Source of the DNA: an uncultured Planctomycetaceae bacterium
GTDB taxonomy: Bacteria; Planctomycetota; Planctomycetia; Planctomycetales; Planctomycetaceae
DNA length: 55,656 nucleotides
Assembly: GCA_963976765.1 (NCBI GenBank)
Contig: CAXBME010000039.1
Coordinates: forward strand, 1-55,656
Direction of reading: 5' to 3'
Made by a program: the position numbers and the translations under genes. Positions 27,734 through 39,248 of the stretch are shown one piece after another. The stretch's first letter is position 1, and each line of letters opens with the position of its first letter. Under the pieces are notes generated by a model, which saw nothing but the letters and a program-made list of their open reading frames with translations, ran no database searches and had not been told where the DNA came from.

Positions 27734-27746
27734 CAGACCTCTCCTG

Positions 27747-29117
27747 TTACTGTTGCAGCTTTGTCTCAAGTGGGAAGACAGCGACAACACCTCGCGGAAT
27801 GATGATCCCACCGCGGTCGATGTCTCCGTTTGAATTCAAATCTTCACCGGCATCAAGCGAGTTGTTTTCGATCAGGTCTTCCGTGTTGTTACGTGAGATC
27901 GCTTTCTCTAACGCCAGGACTGCCGATGTCGCCGTGGGAGCTTCTTCGATCGTGAGCACTCGATACCAAAGTGCATTGGCGGCATCGAACACAAATCCGC
28001 CACGACGCAATAGTGGCTTTTCTGGAGCCGTTGAGTACAACGATGGATCCCAGTCAACGGTGACTCGGTTGTTCTGCTGATCGTCGGAGCCAGGGTAACC
28101 CAGTTCTGCCAGCTCGTTGTTGTTTCCGTCGTTGTTCAGGTCGACACCCGCAGTCCCGGGAACGCCATCATCACCTAAGGTGAAGCGACGCATATCTCCG
28201 ACATACACCTGCTCGGACAGTTCGTTGAAATCACGTTTACTGAAGACAACGACGTCTACGTTGGCTGGGCCGCTGGCACGTTTGCGGACGGTCAGCATCC
28301 ATGAGTAGAAGGGATCCGTCCGCTCAATCCGGACCAGGCCGACGATGGATGAGTATCGTGCGGGCAGAGGTCGGCTCGGCCAGTTGATCGTCTGGATCGA
28401 GACTGATTCGATCGTACGGATTTCGCTGTAGCGGCCCGTCACGTCGAAGATGACTGCCTGATAGTTCGTCGGATCCTGGTAAGCGGGGTCGGTTGTGGGC
28501 AGCGTAAATACGCTAAGGTCAACTTCCGTCGGCATCGTCAGACCCGTCACCAGACCATCGCCATTCAAAGTGTAGGCAGCGGTGTTGATACCATCAGGGT
28601 CGGGGAAGCCTTCACCGAAATCGGTGGTCGTGTCCTGCAGGCTGGCGACTCGTCGAGCGATGTCGATCGATGTGAAAAGGGCCGGAGAGGACACGTTGTC
28701 GCCGAGGTATCGCGTTTGCTGAGAGATCGGCGGACGAGTGATCTGAAATGCCCCCGTCGTCGGACGGTTATATTCGTAAAGCACCGGAGACGCGACGCCC
28801 TGAGCCAGCAGTTCGTGCCAGCCCAGCGGGTCGACGATGTAGTTTTTTCCTGCTTCACGGGTGGTTGAATCACCATCCGGGTTGTGAATCATTTGTGGGA
28901 ACGAGTCGATGATCCCTTCGGCGTTGAAGCGGGCAACAGTCGAGTTGGTCAGGTTGGTGGCTTCCAGCACTCGCAACGTCGAGATGGGAAAAAGGGTCGC
29001 CAGTGAAACCACACCGATGCCCATAATCATGAGCGACATGAGCACTTCAGTAAGTGTCACACCGTCACGACGATGGTGTCGATTTTGAGTCGTTCTGGAT
29101 GGGCGAATTCTAAGCAT
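27747..29117 (-). CDS. GspI/PilV-like minor pilin
   Basis: RDG|VTLTEVLMSLMIMGIGVVSLATLFP (PilV-like); YSWMLTV..DVVVF. Confidence 0.8.
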   Translation of the reverse strand: MLRIRPSRTTQNRHHRRDGVTLTEVLMSLMIMGIGVVSLATLFPISTLRVLEATNLTNSTVARFNAEGIIDSFPQMIHNPDGDSTTREAGKNYIVDPLGWHELLAQGVASPVLYEYNRPTTGAFQITRPPISQQTRYLGDNVSSPALFTSIDIARRVASLQDTTTDFGEGFPDPDGINTAAYTLNGDGLVTGLTMPTEVDLSVFTLPTTDPAYQDPTNYQAVIFDVTGRYSEIRTIESVSIQTINWPSRPLPARYSSIVGLVRIERTDPFYSWMLTVRKRASGPANVDVVVFSKRDFNELSEQVYVGDMRRFTLGDDGVPGTAGVDLNNDGNNNELAELGYPGSDDQQNNRVTVDWDPSLYSTAPEKPLLRRGGFVFDAANALWYRVLTIEEAPTATSAVLALEKAISRNNTEDLIENNSLDAGEDLNSNGDIDRGGIIIPRGVVAVFPLETKLQQ

Positions 29118-30310
29118 CAGTTATTCACCTCTCCGAGTTCCGCAAACTGAAACGGATCAACCAGGTAGGTTCCGTTTACATCAAGCACACTGTTCCCGTT
29201 GATGTCTTCGCCGGGATCCAGCGTACCGTTGTTGTTGCGGTCTTCATTAGTATCCATATTGAATGCGTGAGAGCTGACTTTTCCGGTTGAGGCGAAGATG
29301 GAAACGAGACCTCGATCGCCGACTGTCGGGACCGTTCCCCCATTGGCGAGCGATGCGAAAAGAGCATCAGCTGGCACCAGCGGTCGTTCACCGATATTGA
29401 CGGGAGGTCTTAACGCGTCAGTCGCGTTCTGCACGTCTTCCCGAAGCGCGATGTAAAAATGAGTCAGCCCTGTTCCGGCTGTTGTTCCGATCAGAGTTCC
29501 GCGAGGCGAAAACATCAGGTCCATGCGACTTGAATAGGGGGCGCTGTACCCGGAGCCGGCTGCCGGTCGCCAGTCGGTTGGCACGGATGAAGCATCCAGG
29601 TCGATGACCACTCCCTCAGGTAATAGGGCAGGGTCAGCATCAGGCAGGACACGCGGGGGAAGCTCCAGGATATAAGTGCTGGGACCGCTGCCCGCGTCGA
29701 ACGCTTGAATTTCTGTGATTTCAGTCGTGCCAGGGTCCCGGTAGGGATGCACAAGGCGAAGCACATCCGGGAACATCGGGTTAACTCCGAGTAGGTCAGT
29801 CTGGACGCGATACCAGGTGCCATTTTTGTCGCCTGGAATCTTGATTCGGGGCGTTTCCTGTCCCTGAATTCCCAGGAAACCTCTCCGGCTAAGTGTGCTC
29901 CAGGAAGTGCCTATCCCGCGCACGATAAGGACATCTTCCTGATCGGCGATTCCGTCAGCGGGCGCCACATCTTGACGCCGTAGTTCAATCGTGCCTAGGT
30001 CCCACGTATCGGATGCGCCGACGTAAACCATGCTGGAAACCATTCGACCATTGTCTGGATCCGGGTCAAGCAGGAAACGGACGCCTCGTGGTTCGCGTGC
30101 CCGAATCGCGCGGTCCCGAGCCCCTTCAAGCAGTGACTGGACCTGCCGAGCCCCTGACGACACTCGTTCGGCCTCGAACGTGAAGTCGACAGCGACCACC
30201 GTGAATGTGGTCAGCACCAGGAAAATTGTCACGACAATCAACAACTCGATCAGCGTCAATCCTGATCGGGCTGCCGTACGGCAAGGTGTTGAGCGGGAGC
30301 AAGATCGCAT
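29117..30310 (-). CDS. GspH/FimT-like minor pilin
   Basis: SG|LTLIELLIVV; ARQVQS.L..AR.RAI....GVRF; LPEGVVI, MFSP.G motifs. Confidence 0.8.
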   Translation of the reverse strand: MRSCSRSTPCRTAARSGLTLIELLIVVTIFLVLTTFTVVAVDFTFEAERVSSGARQVQSLLEGARDRAIRAREPRGVRFLLDPDPDNGRMVSSMVYVGASDTWDLGTIELRRQDVAPADGIADQEDVLIVRGIGTSWSTLSRRGFLGIQGQETPRIKIPGDKNGTWYRVQTDLLGVNPMFPDVLRLVHPYRDPGTTEITEIQAFDAGSGPSTYILELPPRVLPDADPALLPEGVVIDLDASSVPTDWRPAAGSGYSAPYSSRMDLMFSPRGTLIGTTAGTGLTHFYIALREDVQNATDALRPPVNIGERPLVPADALFASLANGGTVPTVGDRGLVSIFASTGKVSSHAFNMDTNEDRNNNGTLDPGEDINGNSVLDVNGTYLVDPFQFAELGEVNN

Positions 30311-30312
30311 GG

Positions 30313-31656
30313 TTATTCTCCTGCCCTTCGGTTGTGGTTTGTAAGGTCGTCGAACGACGCAAGTAGACTTGCAAAAGTGTCAACAAGACCGTTTCCGTTG
30401 AGGTCACCAGTCGAGCTGTCTTCGTTGATCGGCTGGCCGAGGAATCCGATGTCCAGAAATCCGTTCCCGTTGGTGTCTTCGCCTGCGTCGAGAACGCCGT
30501 TGAGATTGGCGTCCTCGTTGTGGTTGGGCTCGTAGAGTCCCAAAGCACCGTCAGCTCCTGCTGAAACCACCAGCGGGCGGTGATAGGTGTCGATTGTGTG
30601 GTAACGGGACTCGCTAACTGAATCCAGCACGGAGATTCCGTCAGTCTGCAAACGTACTATGGTTTCAAACAGGCTTCCGTATGCATCGTCAGGATCAATA
30701 TTCAACTGGTCATAGTCGCCTGGGATTGGGACTCCACCTGAAAGAACCGGGGCACGAGGAATTCCCTCGATGTACGTTCTGGCAATGTTTCGGATATTGG
30801 TCGGAATGAATACATCATCAGTTCCCGGCCAGCCAATTTCGGATAGATCAGCGAAGTCCGCGACACCTGGCCGGCTGCCTGGGTCGTCTCCCGCCGTCCC
30901 GGGTACGCCATCAAGGCCGAAGAGCCCGTACGGCTTAAACAGTCGCGTTGGCCAGCGATAGAACCGCAGCGGGTTTCCCCAGCCATCAATGAATTCGGGA
31001 AGACCGTCGTTGTCGGTGTCGGCAACTTCCCGCGTGCTGAAGTCATCAACGGCTGTCAGCGGCACGCCGAATACTTCCATTCGGGTTAGAGCGAAATAGA
31101 GCAGTTCTGCACTTTCCGTGTTCGGATTGTGATTTGTGGGTGTCTTGATCGTTCCACCCGTCCATGTAACGACCGAGCCGTAGGCGTCGTCAAACTGGAT
31201 GCGGTCAGGTATTCCGTCGGCGCCAGCTGTTCCGGGAGCCGGGCCTGTTCTTGTGTCGATCATTTCAGCAAAGCGTTGTGGAAAGAACAGTCGGGCAAAG
31301 TCTTTTCTGGCGACTGCTTCGACAGAGCGGTCGTCGATACTAATAAGAGCCGGGATCCCATTCGCTGGGTCGCCCAGACGGAGCTTTTCATGTGTCGTAC
31401 TGACATAGCGAATAAAGTCGCGTCCCTCAAACGCACGCTGCAGACCCTGCTGACGCTCAATAATGAGGCCGTCGATCTTTCGAAGTGTCGCTGTTGTCTG
31501 CGCTTCCCGGGCGTTGGTCATCATGTTGGAAATGGTGACGCCCAGAGCGGCAGCAACGATCGAAACAATCGACAGCACGATCAGGATCTCGATCAGTGTA
31601 AAACCGGTCGAGTCTGACGGATGCGCTTTCGGTCGTCTTATTGCAATATGTTTCAT
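30313..31656 (-). CDS. GspG/PulG-like pilin, enlarged (447 aa)
   Basis: TG|FTLIEILIV; T.ATL.KI; D.WGNPLRF; LVVSAGADG. Confidence 0.82.
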   Translation of the reverse strand: MKHIAIRRPKAHPSDSTGFTLIEILIVLSIVSIVAAALGVTISNMMTNAREAQTTATLRKIDGLIIERQQGLQRAFEGRDFIRYVSTTHEKLRLGDPANGIPALISIDDRSVEAVARKDFARLFFPQRFAEMIDTRTGPAPGTAGADGIPDRIQFDDAYGSVVTWTGGTIKTPTNHNPNTESAELLYFALTRMEVFGVPLTAVDDFSTREVADTDNDGLPEFIDGWGNPLRFYRWPTRLFKPYGLFGLDGVPGTAGDDPGSRPGVADFADLSEIGWPGTDDVFIPTNIRNIARTYIEGIPRAPVLSGGVPIPGDYDQLNIDPDDAYGSLFETIVRLQTDGISVLDSVSESRYHTIDTYHRPLVVSAGADGALGLYEPNHNEDANLNGVLDAGEDTNGNGFLDIGFLGQPINEDSSTGDLNGNGLVDTFASLLASFDDLTNHNRRAGE

Positions 31657-31677
31657 AACTTGCTTCCTGCTGGCCGA

Positions 31678-32610
31678 TTAACCACCGAGTATTCCCGAGT
31701 GGAAGTTCGTGATGTTGTCGGAATCGGCATTGGAAGTGGGCGGATTGTTCGGGTCGAAGTGGCCTCCAGTTCCGTACTGAAAGTCCCTGCCTGGGGAAAT
31801 CAGCTGGAAGCTGTCCGCGTTGTATGGGACTTTAAGAGCCGCGTCCTTGTAATAAGGCCGGCGAAGTCGTTCGTCGAGAACGCCGTTCCCATTCTTGTCC
31901 TCGCCAGGGTCTAAGGTGCCATTCAGATTGATGTCCTCTGTATTGTCAGCACGGTAGCCGGCTCCGTCATAGCTGCTGAAATAAACATACGGGTTCAGCT
32001 GACTCGCCAGCGTGTCGAGGTATTCCGGTGCACCATCCCCGTCAGTATCAACGAGGCGTCCCGTGGGAGCTCTTGTGGTGACGTCGAAGCCGCCCAGGAA
32101 TTCAAAGAACGGACCATCACGCGATCCATTGTCTATGGCGAACGGATCCCGTGGGTTCTTTGAAAATCCGCGTAAGGCTCCGGAAGTTCCATCGACCATC
32201 CCGCCGAGGAAGAATACGAGACACTCGGCACCGTCCAGCGTAATCGTGTCCGTCGTGTCTGAATCGCCGTTGAAGTCGCGGTTCAGCGTGAAATCAAACT
32301 GTTGCCAGATCTGCTTGATGATCCGTCGGTCACGCGGAGCTCCACTCCAGGCAGAAGCTGTTTCGTGGATGGTTACCGATGAAGGAGGATTGACTCCAAA
32401 CACTGTTTTGAATTGAGTGATCGATGCCTTGAACTTGTTCTGCTCGTTATTCACTTCAAAGATTCGAGCTGTGTCGGTTCCCCTCATGACCGCAGGCAGA
32501 ATCAATGCGGCAAGGATGCTGATGATGACAAGTACAATCATCAGTTCGATCAGCGTAAAGCCGACCCGGAGTGGGTTGTGCGTTCGCGAATGCTGTTGGC
32601 GAGCAAGCAT
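31678..32610 (-). CDS. GspG/PulG-like pilin (candidate major pilin)
   Basis: VG|FTLIELMIVLVII.ILAALILP; FK..FG..PP; FQLISPG.D..YGTG; DNITNF C-terminus. Confidence 0.85.
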   Translation of the reverse strand: MLARQQHSRTHNPLRVGFTLIELMIVLVIISILAALILPAVMRGTDTARIFEVNNEQNKFKASITQFKTVFGVNPPSSVTIHETASAWSGAPRDRRIIKQIWQQFDFTLNRDFNGDSDTTDTITLDGAECLVFFLGGMVDGTSGALRGFSKNPRDPFAIDNGSRDGPFFEFLGGFDVTTRAPTGRLVDTDGDGAPEYLDTLASQLNPYVYFSSYDGAGYRADNTEDINLNGTLDPGEDKNGNGVLDERLRRPYYKDAALKVPYNADSFQLISPGRDFQYGTGGHFDPNNPPTSNADSDNITNFHSGILGG

Positions 32611-32731
32611 GAGAAAGGCTCCTTTTGTCTTGCGCCTGTGTAGAAAGGTGACGCAATGCTCTTTGAAGTGAGAGCGATTTAATCCTGAAAGTTCAGCAGC
32701 CCGCTGAATAGCCTGTCGAGACGCGGAAGCG

Positions 32732-33976
32732 TCAGGAAAGGTCGTTAAGAAGTTTGATCAGCGGCATGAACAGAGCGATAACGATGAAGCCGACAACAAG
32801 TCCGAGCACAACAACCAGCATTGGCTCGATCAGTTTCACCATCCCGTCGACCAGCGTGTTGACGTCTTCGTCATACATGTCGGCGACCTTGTACATCATC
32901 ACGTCCAGGGCACCAGTTTCTTCGCCAACGTCGACCATATTCACAACCAGGTCGTCGGCAATTTTCGCCTCACCCAGTGGCTTGGCGATTGTCTCGCCTT
33001 CGCGAATTGCTGCGTAGATATTGTCAAACGCTCGTTTGAAAACGGCGTTGCCCGCAGTGTCTCTCGCAATGGTCAACGCTTCGAGAATCGGTACCCCCGA
33101 GGCGATCAGCGTACCTAACGTACGCATGATTCTTGCTGTGGTTGACTTCTGCAGAATCTTACCGAGCACGGGTATCTTCAAGGAGCAGAAGTCGACGATG
33201 TACTCTCCTGTCTTGTTCTTCTTGACCACCTTTATGAACAGGTAGAAGCCAAGCGGCACGGCCGGGAACAGGTAAAAGTAATTGACGACGACATTGCTCG
33301 CTGCGATGAGCATCTCGGTAATCTTGGGGAGGTCTGTCCCGAAACCTTCAAAGATCACCCTGAATTTTGGAACGATGTAGTACATGATGAAGCCGACGAT
33401 CCCCCCCGCGACGCACACAACGGCGACGGGGTAGATCATTGCTCCCTGCACTTTTTTCTTCAGCGTCTGAGAACGTTCTTTGAAGTCGGCAAGTCTTTGG
33501 AGAATGATTTCAAGAGCACCGCTGGCCTCGCCAGCCCGCACCATGTTGACATACAGCTCGTCGAAAGCTTTGGGTTGCTTGGCCATCGATTCGGAAAGCG
33601 TGTTTCCTGATTCGATGTCCTCGACGACTCCGTCCAATGCGCTCTTAAGAGGCCCTGGCTTGCACTGCCCCTCCAGAATTTTCAAGCTTCGAAGAACTGG
33701 AAGGCCGGCATCCTGCAGCGTCGAAAGCTGTCGCGTGAAGGTGCAAAGCTGTTTCGCCTTCACCTTGCCGAATGAGAGTGACTTCTTTTTCTTTGCACCG
33801 CCCTGCTTCTTCTCGACGGCCTTCTTTCTTTTCTTCTTCTGCTGCTCCGTAATATTCGTGACAAAGAAACCTTTCTCACGAATCAACTGTTGAGCTTCTG
33901 CTTCGGACTCGGCTTCGATCGTCTCTTTGATCTCCGTGCCCGTGTTGTCCATTGCCTCGTACTGATAGGTTGGCAT
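32732..33976 (-). CDS. pilC: Type IV pilus / T2SS inner-membrane platform protein (PilC/GspF)
   Basis: FTRQLSTLQDAGLP, YVNMVRAGEASG.L, AMIYP, GEETG.LD, IEP..ALFMP. Confidence 0.93.
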   Translation of the reverse strand: MPTYQYEAMDNTGTEIKETIEAESEAEAQQLIREKGFFVTNITEQQKKKRKKAVEKKQGGAKKKKSLSFGKVKAKQLCTFTRQLSTLQDAGLPVLRSLKILEGQCKPGPLKSALDGVVEDIESGNTLSESMAKQPKAFDELYVNMVRAGEASGALEIILQRLADFKERSQTLKKKVQGAMIYPVAVVCVAGGIVGFIMYYIVPKFRVIFEGFGTDLPKITEMLIAASNVVVNYFYLFPAVPLGFYLFIKVVKKNKTGEYIVDFCSLKIPVLGKILQKSTTARIMRTLGTLIASGVPILEALTIARDTAGNAVFKRAFDNIYAAIREGETIAKPLGEAKIADDLVVNMVDVGEETGALDVMMYKVADMYDEDVNTLVDGMVKLIEPMLVVVLGLVVGFIVIALFMPLIKLLNDLS

Positions 33977-34053
33977 GGGACTTCTCCGTTTCCGTAAATG
34001 TGCAGGCCTTTGGATGGTTCAGTGTTTTGATCGCCAGCAGACGGCTTGCTGTG

Positions 34054-35763
34054 TTAACCAGCGTCTTCCACGACTGTTTCCCTAACAACCTCATCAATCG
34101 TGGTGATGCCGTCAAAAATCAACTTCAGTCCTGACTCACGCAACGTCGTCATCCCCTGGCTGCGAGCCAGTGCTCGAATTTCGTCGGTCGAGGCGTTGAC
34201 TGAAATCAGGTCGCGAATGTCGTCGGTGACTGTCAGGAGTTCGTAAAGTCCGACTCGACCTTTGTAGCCACCGTTGTTGCACTGAGGGCAACCTTTTCCG
34301 TAATAGAATTTGTACTTGCGAGCCTGCTCGACGGGGAGTTGCAGTTCCATCAGCAATTCATCACTGGGCTCGAACTCGGTTCTGCAATCGGTGCAGATTC
34401 GCCGAACCAGTCGCTGAGCGAGGATGGCTTCAACCGTTGCCGTGATCATGAAAGGCGGCACCCCCATGTCGCGTAGTCGAGCGATCGTTGACGGTGAATC
34501 GTTTGTATGCAGCGTGCTGAATACCAGGTGGCCCGTCAGGGCGCTCTGAATAGCCACTTCAGCAGTTTCGAAGTCTCGAATTTCGCCGACCAGAATCTTG
34601 TCCGGGTCGTGACGGAGGATGGCTCGAAGGACGGTTGCAAAGGTGACGTTGATATCCGGGTTGACCGGCACCTGAACCAGACCTTCGATGTCGTATTCAA
34701 TGGGGTCTTCGGTCGTAATGATTTTTGTTTCGATGTCGTTCAGCTCGTTGAGAGCAGAATACAGCGTCGTGGTCTTTCCACTTCCCGTTGGACCTGTCAC
34801 CAGCACAATCCCGTTCGGATTAGCCATCGCTGCCCGAAAGCGTGACAGGTTATTGGCATCAATGCCGATCTTATTGAGGTCCAGTTGAACGACAGTTCGG
34901 TCAAGAACTCGCATAACCACTGATTCGCCGAACATCGTTGGCAACACGCTGACTCGAAGGTCAACCGGGTTGCCGCCAACGTTAAGTTCGATTCGACCGT
35001 CTTGAGGGAGTCGCCGTTCAGCGATGTCAAGGTTTGCCATCACCTTGATTCGTGTTGTGATTGCGTTTGCCAGATGGCGAGGTGGAGGCACCATTTCGTA
35101 AAGAATGCCGTCTGCCTTAACTCGAATTTTGAATTCATCTTCGAATGGCTCGAAGTGAATGTCGCTGGCCTTATCCTTGATCGCCAGCAACAGAACCATA
35201 TTCAGCAGTTTTCGAATTGGAGTCGCGTTAACGAGTTCATCTTCTGAACCGATATCGTGAGCGTCTGCTCGACTTCCAGCGCCGTCACCGAGGTCTTCCA
35301 TTTCGTTGATGACGTCTTCGATACTCTCTTCGGAGTCGGCATAGTACCGTTCAATCGCTGCCTCAACTTCGGCGAGACTCGATACTGCTCCCCTGACGTC
35401 ATAGCCCAGAAAGTTTCGAAGATCGTCGAGCGCGCCAACGTTCTGAGGGTCTGCCATTGCTACCGTAAGAACATCGTTCTTCAGTGAGATCGGCATGATT
35501 TTGTAGAGTTCGGCCATCGTCTGCGGGACCAGTTCCAGCACCTTTGACGGAACGTTGGTTTCGGCCAGATTGATGACCGGCATTCCCCACTGCTCGGCCA
35601 GAGCTTCTGTGACCTGCTCAGGAGTGACAAGCTCCATGCGAACGGCAACCTGCCCGATGACTTCTCCTGGACTCTGCTTCTGGTTTTCCAGAACGTCCCA
35701 GAGTTGGTCTTCAGTCAGGTAACCGAGGTCAACCAGAATCTGTCCAAGCTTACGCGCGGCCAT
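34054..35763 (-). CDS. pilB: Type IV pilus assembly ATPase (PilB/GspE) with intact MshEN-like N-terminus
   Basis: ASDIHFEP, RLPQDGR, Walker A GPTGSGKTT, LRHDPD.ILVGEIRD, HLVFSTLHTN, CxxC/CxxC zinc motif. Confidence 0.92.
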   Translation of the reverse strand: MAARKLGQILVDLGYLTEDQLWDVLENQKQSPGEVIGQVAVRMELVTPEQVTEALAEQWGMPVINLAETNVPSKVLELVPQTMAELYKIMPISLKNDVLTVAMADPQNVGALDDLRNFLGYDVRGAVSSLAEVEAAIERYYADSEESIEDVINEMEDLGDGAGSRADAHDIGSEDELVNATPIRKLLNMVLLLAIKDKASDIHFEPFEDEFKIRVKADGILYEMVPPPRHLANAITTRIKVMANLDIAERRLPQDGRIELNVGGNPVDLRVSVLPTMFGESVVMRVLDRTVVQLDLNKIGIDANNLSRFRAAMANPNGIVLVTGPTGSGKTTTLYSALNELNDIETKIITTEDPIEYDIEGLVQVPVNPDINVTFATVLRAILRHDPDKILVGEIRDFETAEVAIQSALTGHLVFSTLHTNDSPSTIARLRDMGVPPFMITATVEAILAQRLVRRICTDCRTEFEPSDELLMELQLPVEQARKYKFYYGKGCPQCNNGGYKGRVGLYELLTVTDDIRDLISVNASTDEIRALARSQGMTTLRESGLKLIFDGITTIDEVVRETVVEDAG

Positions 35764-35921
35764 GATCTATAACCTGATACTAGTAGTGGTGAGTCGTGTG
35801 GCCGTTTGAGGTCTGAGTTTCAGAATGTCCGCAGTAGATTAGGAGCAGTAGATTCAGAAACGATAAACGGCAGCGAAATTCAATAGGTAGAAAGTGAATC
35901 CGGTGGCTCGCCGGCAACATC

Positions 35922-37049
<1,128 letters not shown>

Positions 37050-37541
37050 CCGTTGTCCTTAGTTGCTGAGCTTTTCAACAGACCCGGTCTGCTCGGTCAA
37101 TCTGGCCGTATGCAAACTTGCGTAAAAGGTTGAGGAAGGCAGTTGCTTGAAAGATTAACGCTTTCAAAATCTTGAAAATTCAAATCACTGCACAGACATC
37201 GTTCGTGTCGGTGAATTATTTCCGTTAACCACTTTGCCGTCCACGTTTGAGATGTTCTGGAGCAGGGGCTGCCCCTGTCTGAAATCACCGTTAGCAGCTG
37301 ACTGAGCCCCGGCGGGCGGGGTTGTCTGTGTCATTTTTCCGGTTGCCGGGAGAAACAGCCACATTCCGGAAAGTGTTGCGTTTTGCTTCATATGAGCAAA
37401 CTGAGCCCTGTGTTTATCGTCTGTCCGTCGATCTGGCCTGTCGACTTCCCGTTCTGAACGAATGGATTCTGGTTTCGCCTGAAACTCCGTAAAGGCTTCC
37501 TGTCGGTCGAGCATTGCCTGGGCATTGCAACCTGCCCGGAA

Positions 37542-39248
37542 TTAGTGGCCACCTTTCTGTAGCCGATAGACCTCGCTGAGGTGTGTTTGCCCCTTAAGTG
37601 CTTTGTCCAGACAGTCTTCGTCCAGCGTCTTCATGCCAAACAGCCGAGCCTGGCGTCGAATGTTCTGGGTCGGTTCACGGTTGAATGTCATCTCGCGAAT
37701 CGCCGCATTCATAGTCATCAGTTCATGGACTGCGACTCGGCCCCGGAAGCCAGTGTGGTGACAGTGGCTGCACCCCTTGCCTCGCATGAAGGTCGCGTTT
37801 GCAAGCATGTCCTGGGTGATGTCGAAGTGTTCGATTTCGCTCTGAGAGGGGGCAAACGGCTCGACGCACTTGGAGCAGTTCCGCCTCGCGAGTCGCTGCC
37901 CGAGTACAGCCATGACGCTCGACGCAACGAGAAATGGCTGTACGTGCATATCGATTAGTCGGGTGATTGATCCAGGCGCATCGTTCGTGTGGAGCGTGCT
38001 GAAAACCAAGTGTCCTGTTAGTGACGCCTGGATTGCCATCTCAGCGGTCTCCAGGTCGCGGATCTCGCCAACGAGAATCACATTCGGAGCCTGCCGGAGC
38101 ATGGCTTTGATGATCTTCTGAAAGGTGACGCCAATGCTGGCTCGGACTTCCGTCTGGTTGATGCCGTTGAGAAGGTACTCAACTGGATCTTCCGCTGTGA
38201 TAATCTTGCGATCCGGTCGGTTCAGTTCCCCGAGAGCGCTGTACAGGGTTGTCGTCTTGCCAGAGCCTGTAGGACCGGTCACCAGAAAGATGCCATTCGG
38301 GCGCCGAATGATATTCTGGAATGTTCGGTAGTTTTCTTCGGAGAAGCCAAGATTACGGATACCAATCTTGATGCTGTCGCGGTCAAGAATTCGCATGACG
38401 ACAGCTTGCCCATGGTTGGTCGGCATGATGCTGACGCGAAGGTCGATCTCCTTGGGGCCAACACGTGTCTTGATTCGTCCGTCCTGAGGTCTTCTTTTTT
38501 CAGCAATGTCAATACCGCCCATGATCTTGATACGCGAAACGATGGCCCCGAGCAGCCGTTTTGGCGGACTGTCGCGCTCAATCAGTTTTCCGTCGATGCG
38601 GTATCGAATCCGAATTCGGTCTTCAAATGGCTCGATATGAATATCGCTGGCCCGCATGTTGAGCGCTTCGCTGACGATCAGATTCACAAGTTTGATAATA
38701 GGTGAACCTGAATCATCAGTAACGCCGTCGCCACCAGCTTCTGCCGCTGAAATTTCCGTTTGCGTGAAATCGATTGCAGTTTCGGTAAATTCCTGCAACA
38801 TCGAGTCGACGGATTCTGTTTCGCTCTGTCCATAGTGGCGGTTAATTGCTGTCAGAATAGCATCATTTGGAGCAACTTCGCATTTGATTTCCCGGTTCAG
38901 GATAAAGCGGAGCTTGTCGATCACTTCAAATTTCATCGGATCGTTGATTGCGACGACGATCGAGTCTCCGTCAATCCGCAGCGGAAGCACGGCGTTTTCA
39001 CGAGCAACCGACTCGGGAACCAGCCCGATGACTGATTGCGGCACTTCGATGACGGTAAGGTCGATTGCGTCGTAGCCGAATTTCGCCGCCTGAGCACTGC
39101 TGATTTCCGAAGCGTCAACGTACTCCAGCTTGACCAGGGCGTCTTCAGTACGGATGCCAAGGCTTTTGGCCATTGAGTCAGCTTCGGCAAGCTGATCCTC
39201 GCTGATCAATCCGCGGTCGACCAGCTGCTGACAGATATCGTTCGGCAC
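37542..39248 (-). CDS. pilB: Second PilB/GspE-family assembly ATPase
   Basis: ASDIHIEP, RRPQDGR, GPTGSGKTT, LRQAPNVILVGEIRD, TLHTND, CSKC/CSHC zinc motif; GTG start. Confidence 0.9.
   Translation of the reverse strand: MPNDICQQLVDRGLISEDQLAEADSMAKSLGIRTEDALVKLEYVDASEISSAQAAKFGYDAIDLTVIEVPQSVIGLVPESVARENAVLPLRIDGDSIVVAINDPMKFEVIDKLRFILNREIKCEVAPNDAILTAINRHYGQSETESVDSMLQEFTETAIDFTQTEISAAEAGGDGVTDDSGSPIIKLVNLIVSEALNMRASDIHIEPFEDRIRIRYRIDGKLIERDSPPKRLLGAIVSRIKIMGGIDIAEKRRPQDGRIKTRVGPKEIDLRVSIMPTNHGQAVVMRILDRDSIKIGIRNLGFSEENYRTFQNIIRRPNGIFLVTGPTGSGKTTTLYSALGELNRPDRKIITAEDPVEYLLNGINQTEVRASIGVTFQKIIKAMLRQAPNVILVGEIRDLETAEMAIQASLTGHLVFSTLHTNDAPGSITRLIDMHVQPFLVASSVMAVLGQRLARRNCSKCVEPFAPSQSEIEHFDITQDMLANATFMRGKGCSHCHHTGFRGRVAVHELMTMNAAIREMTFNREPTQNIRRQARLFGMKTLDEDCLDKALKGQTHLSEVYRLQKGGH

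Noticed and set aside
27816..31938. Shared 66-nt pilin motif as a palindromic mobile DNA insert
   Set aside because: Copies are not palindromic and similarity is mainly at the amino-acid level
37185..37514. 109-aa ORF between pilB and pilT
   Set aside because: No clear RBS or motif; more likely regulatory intergenic DNA, though not excluded
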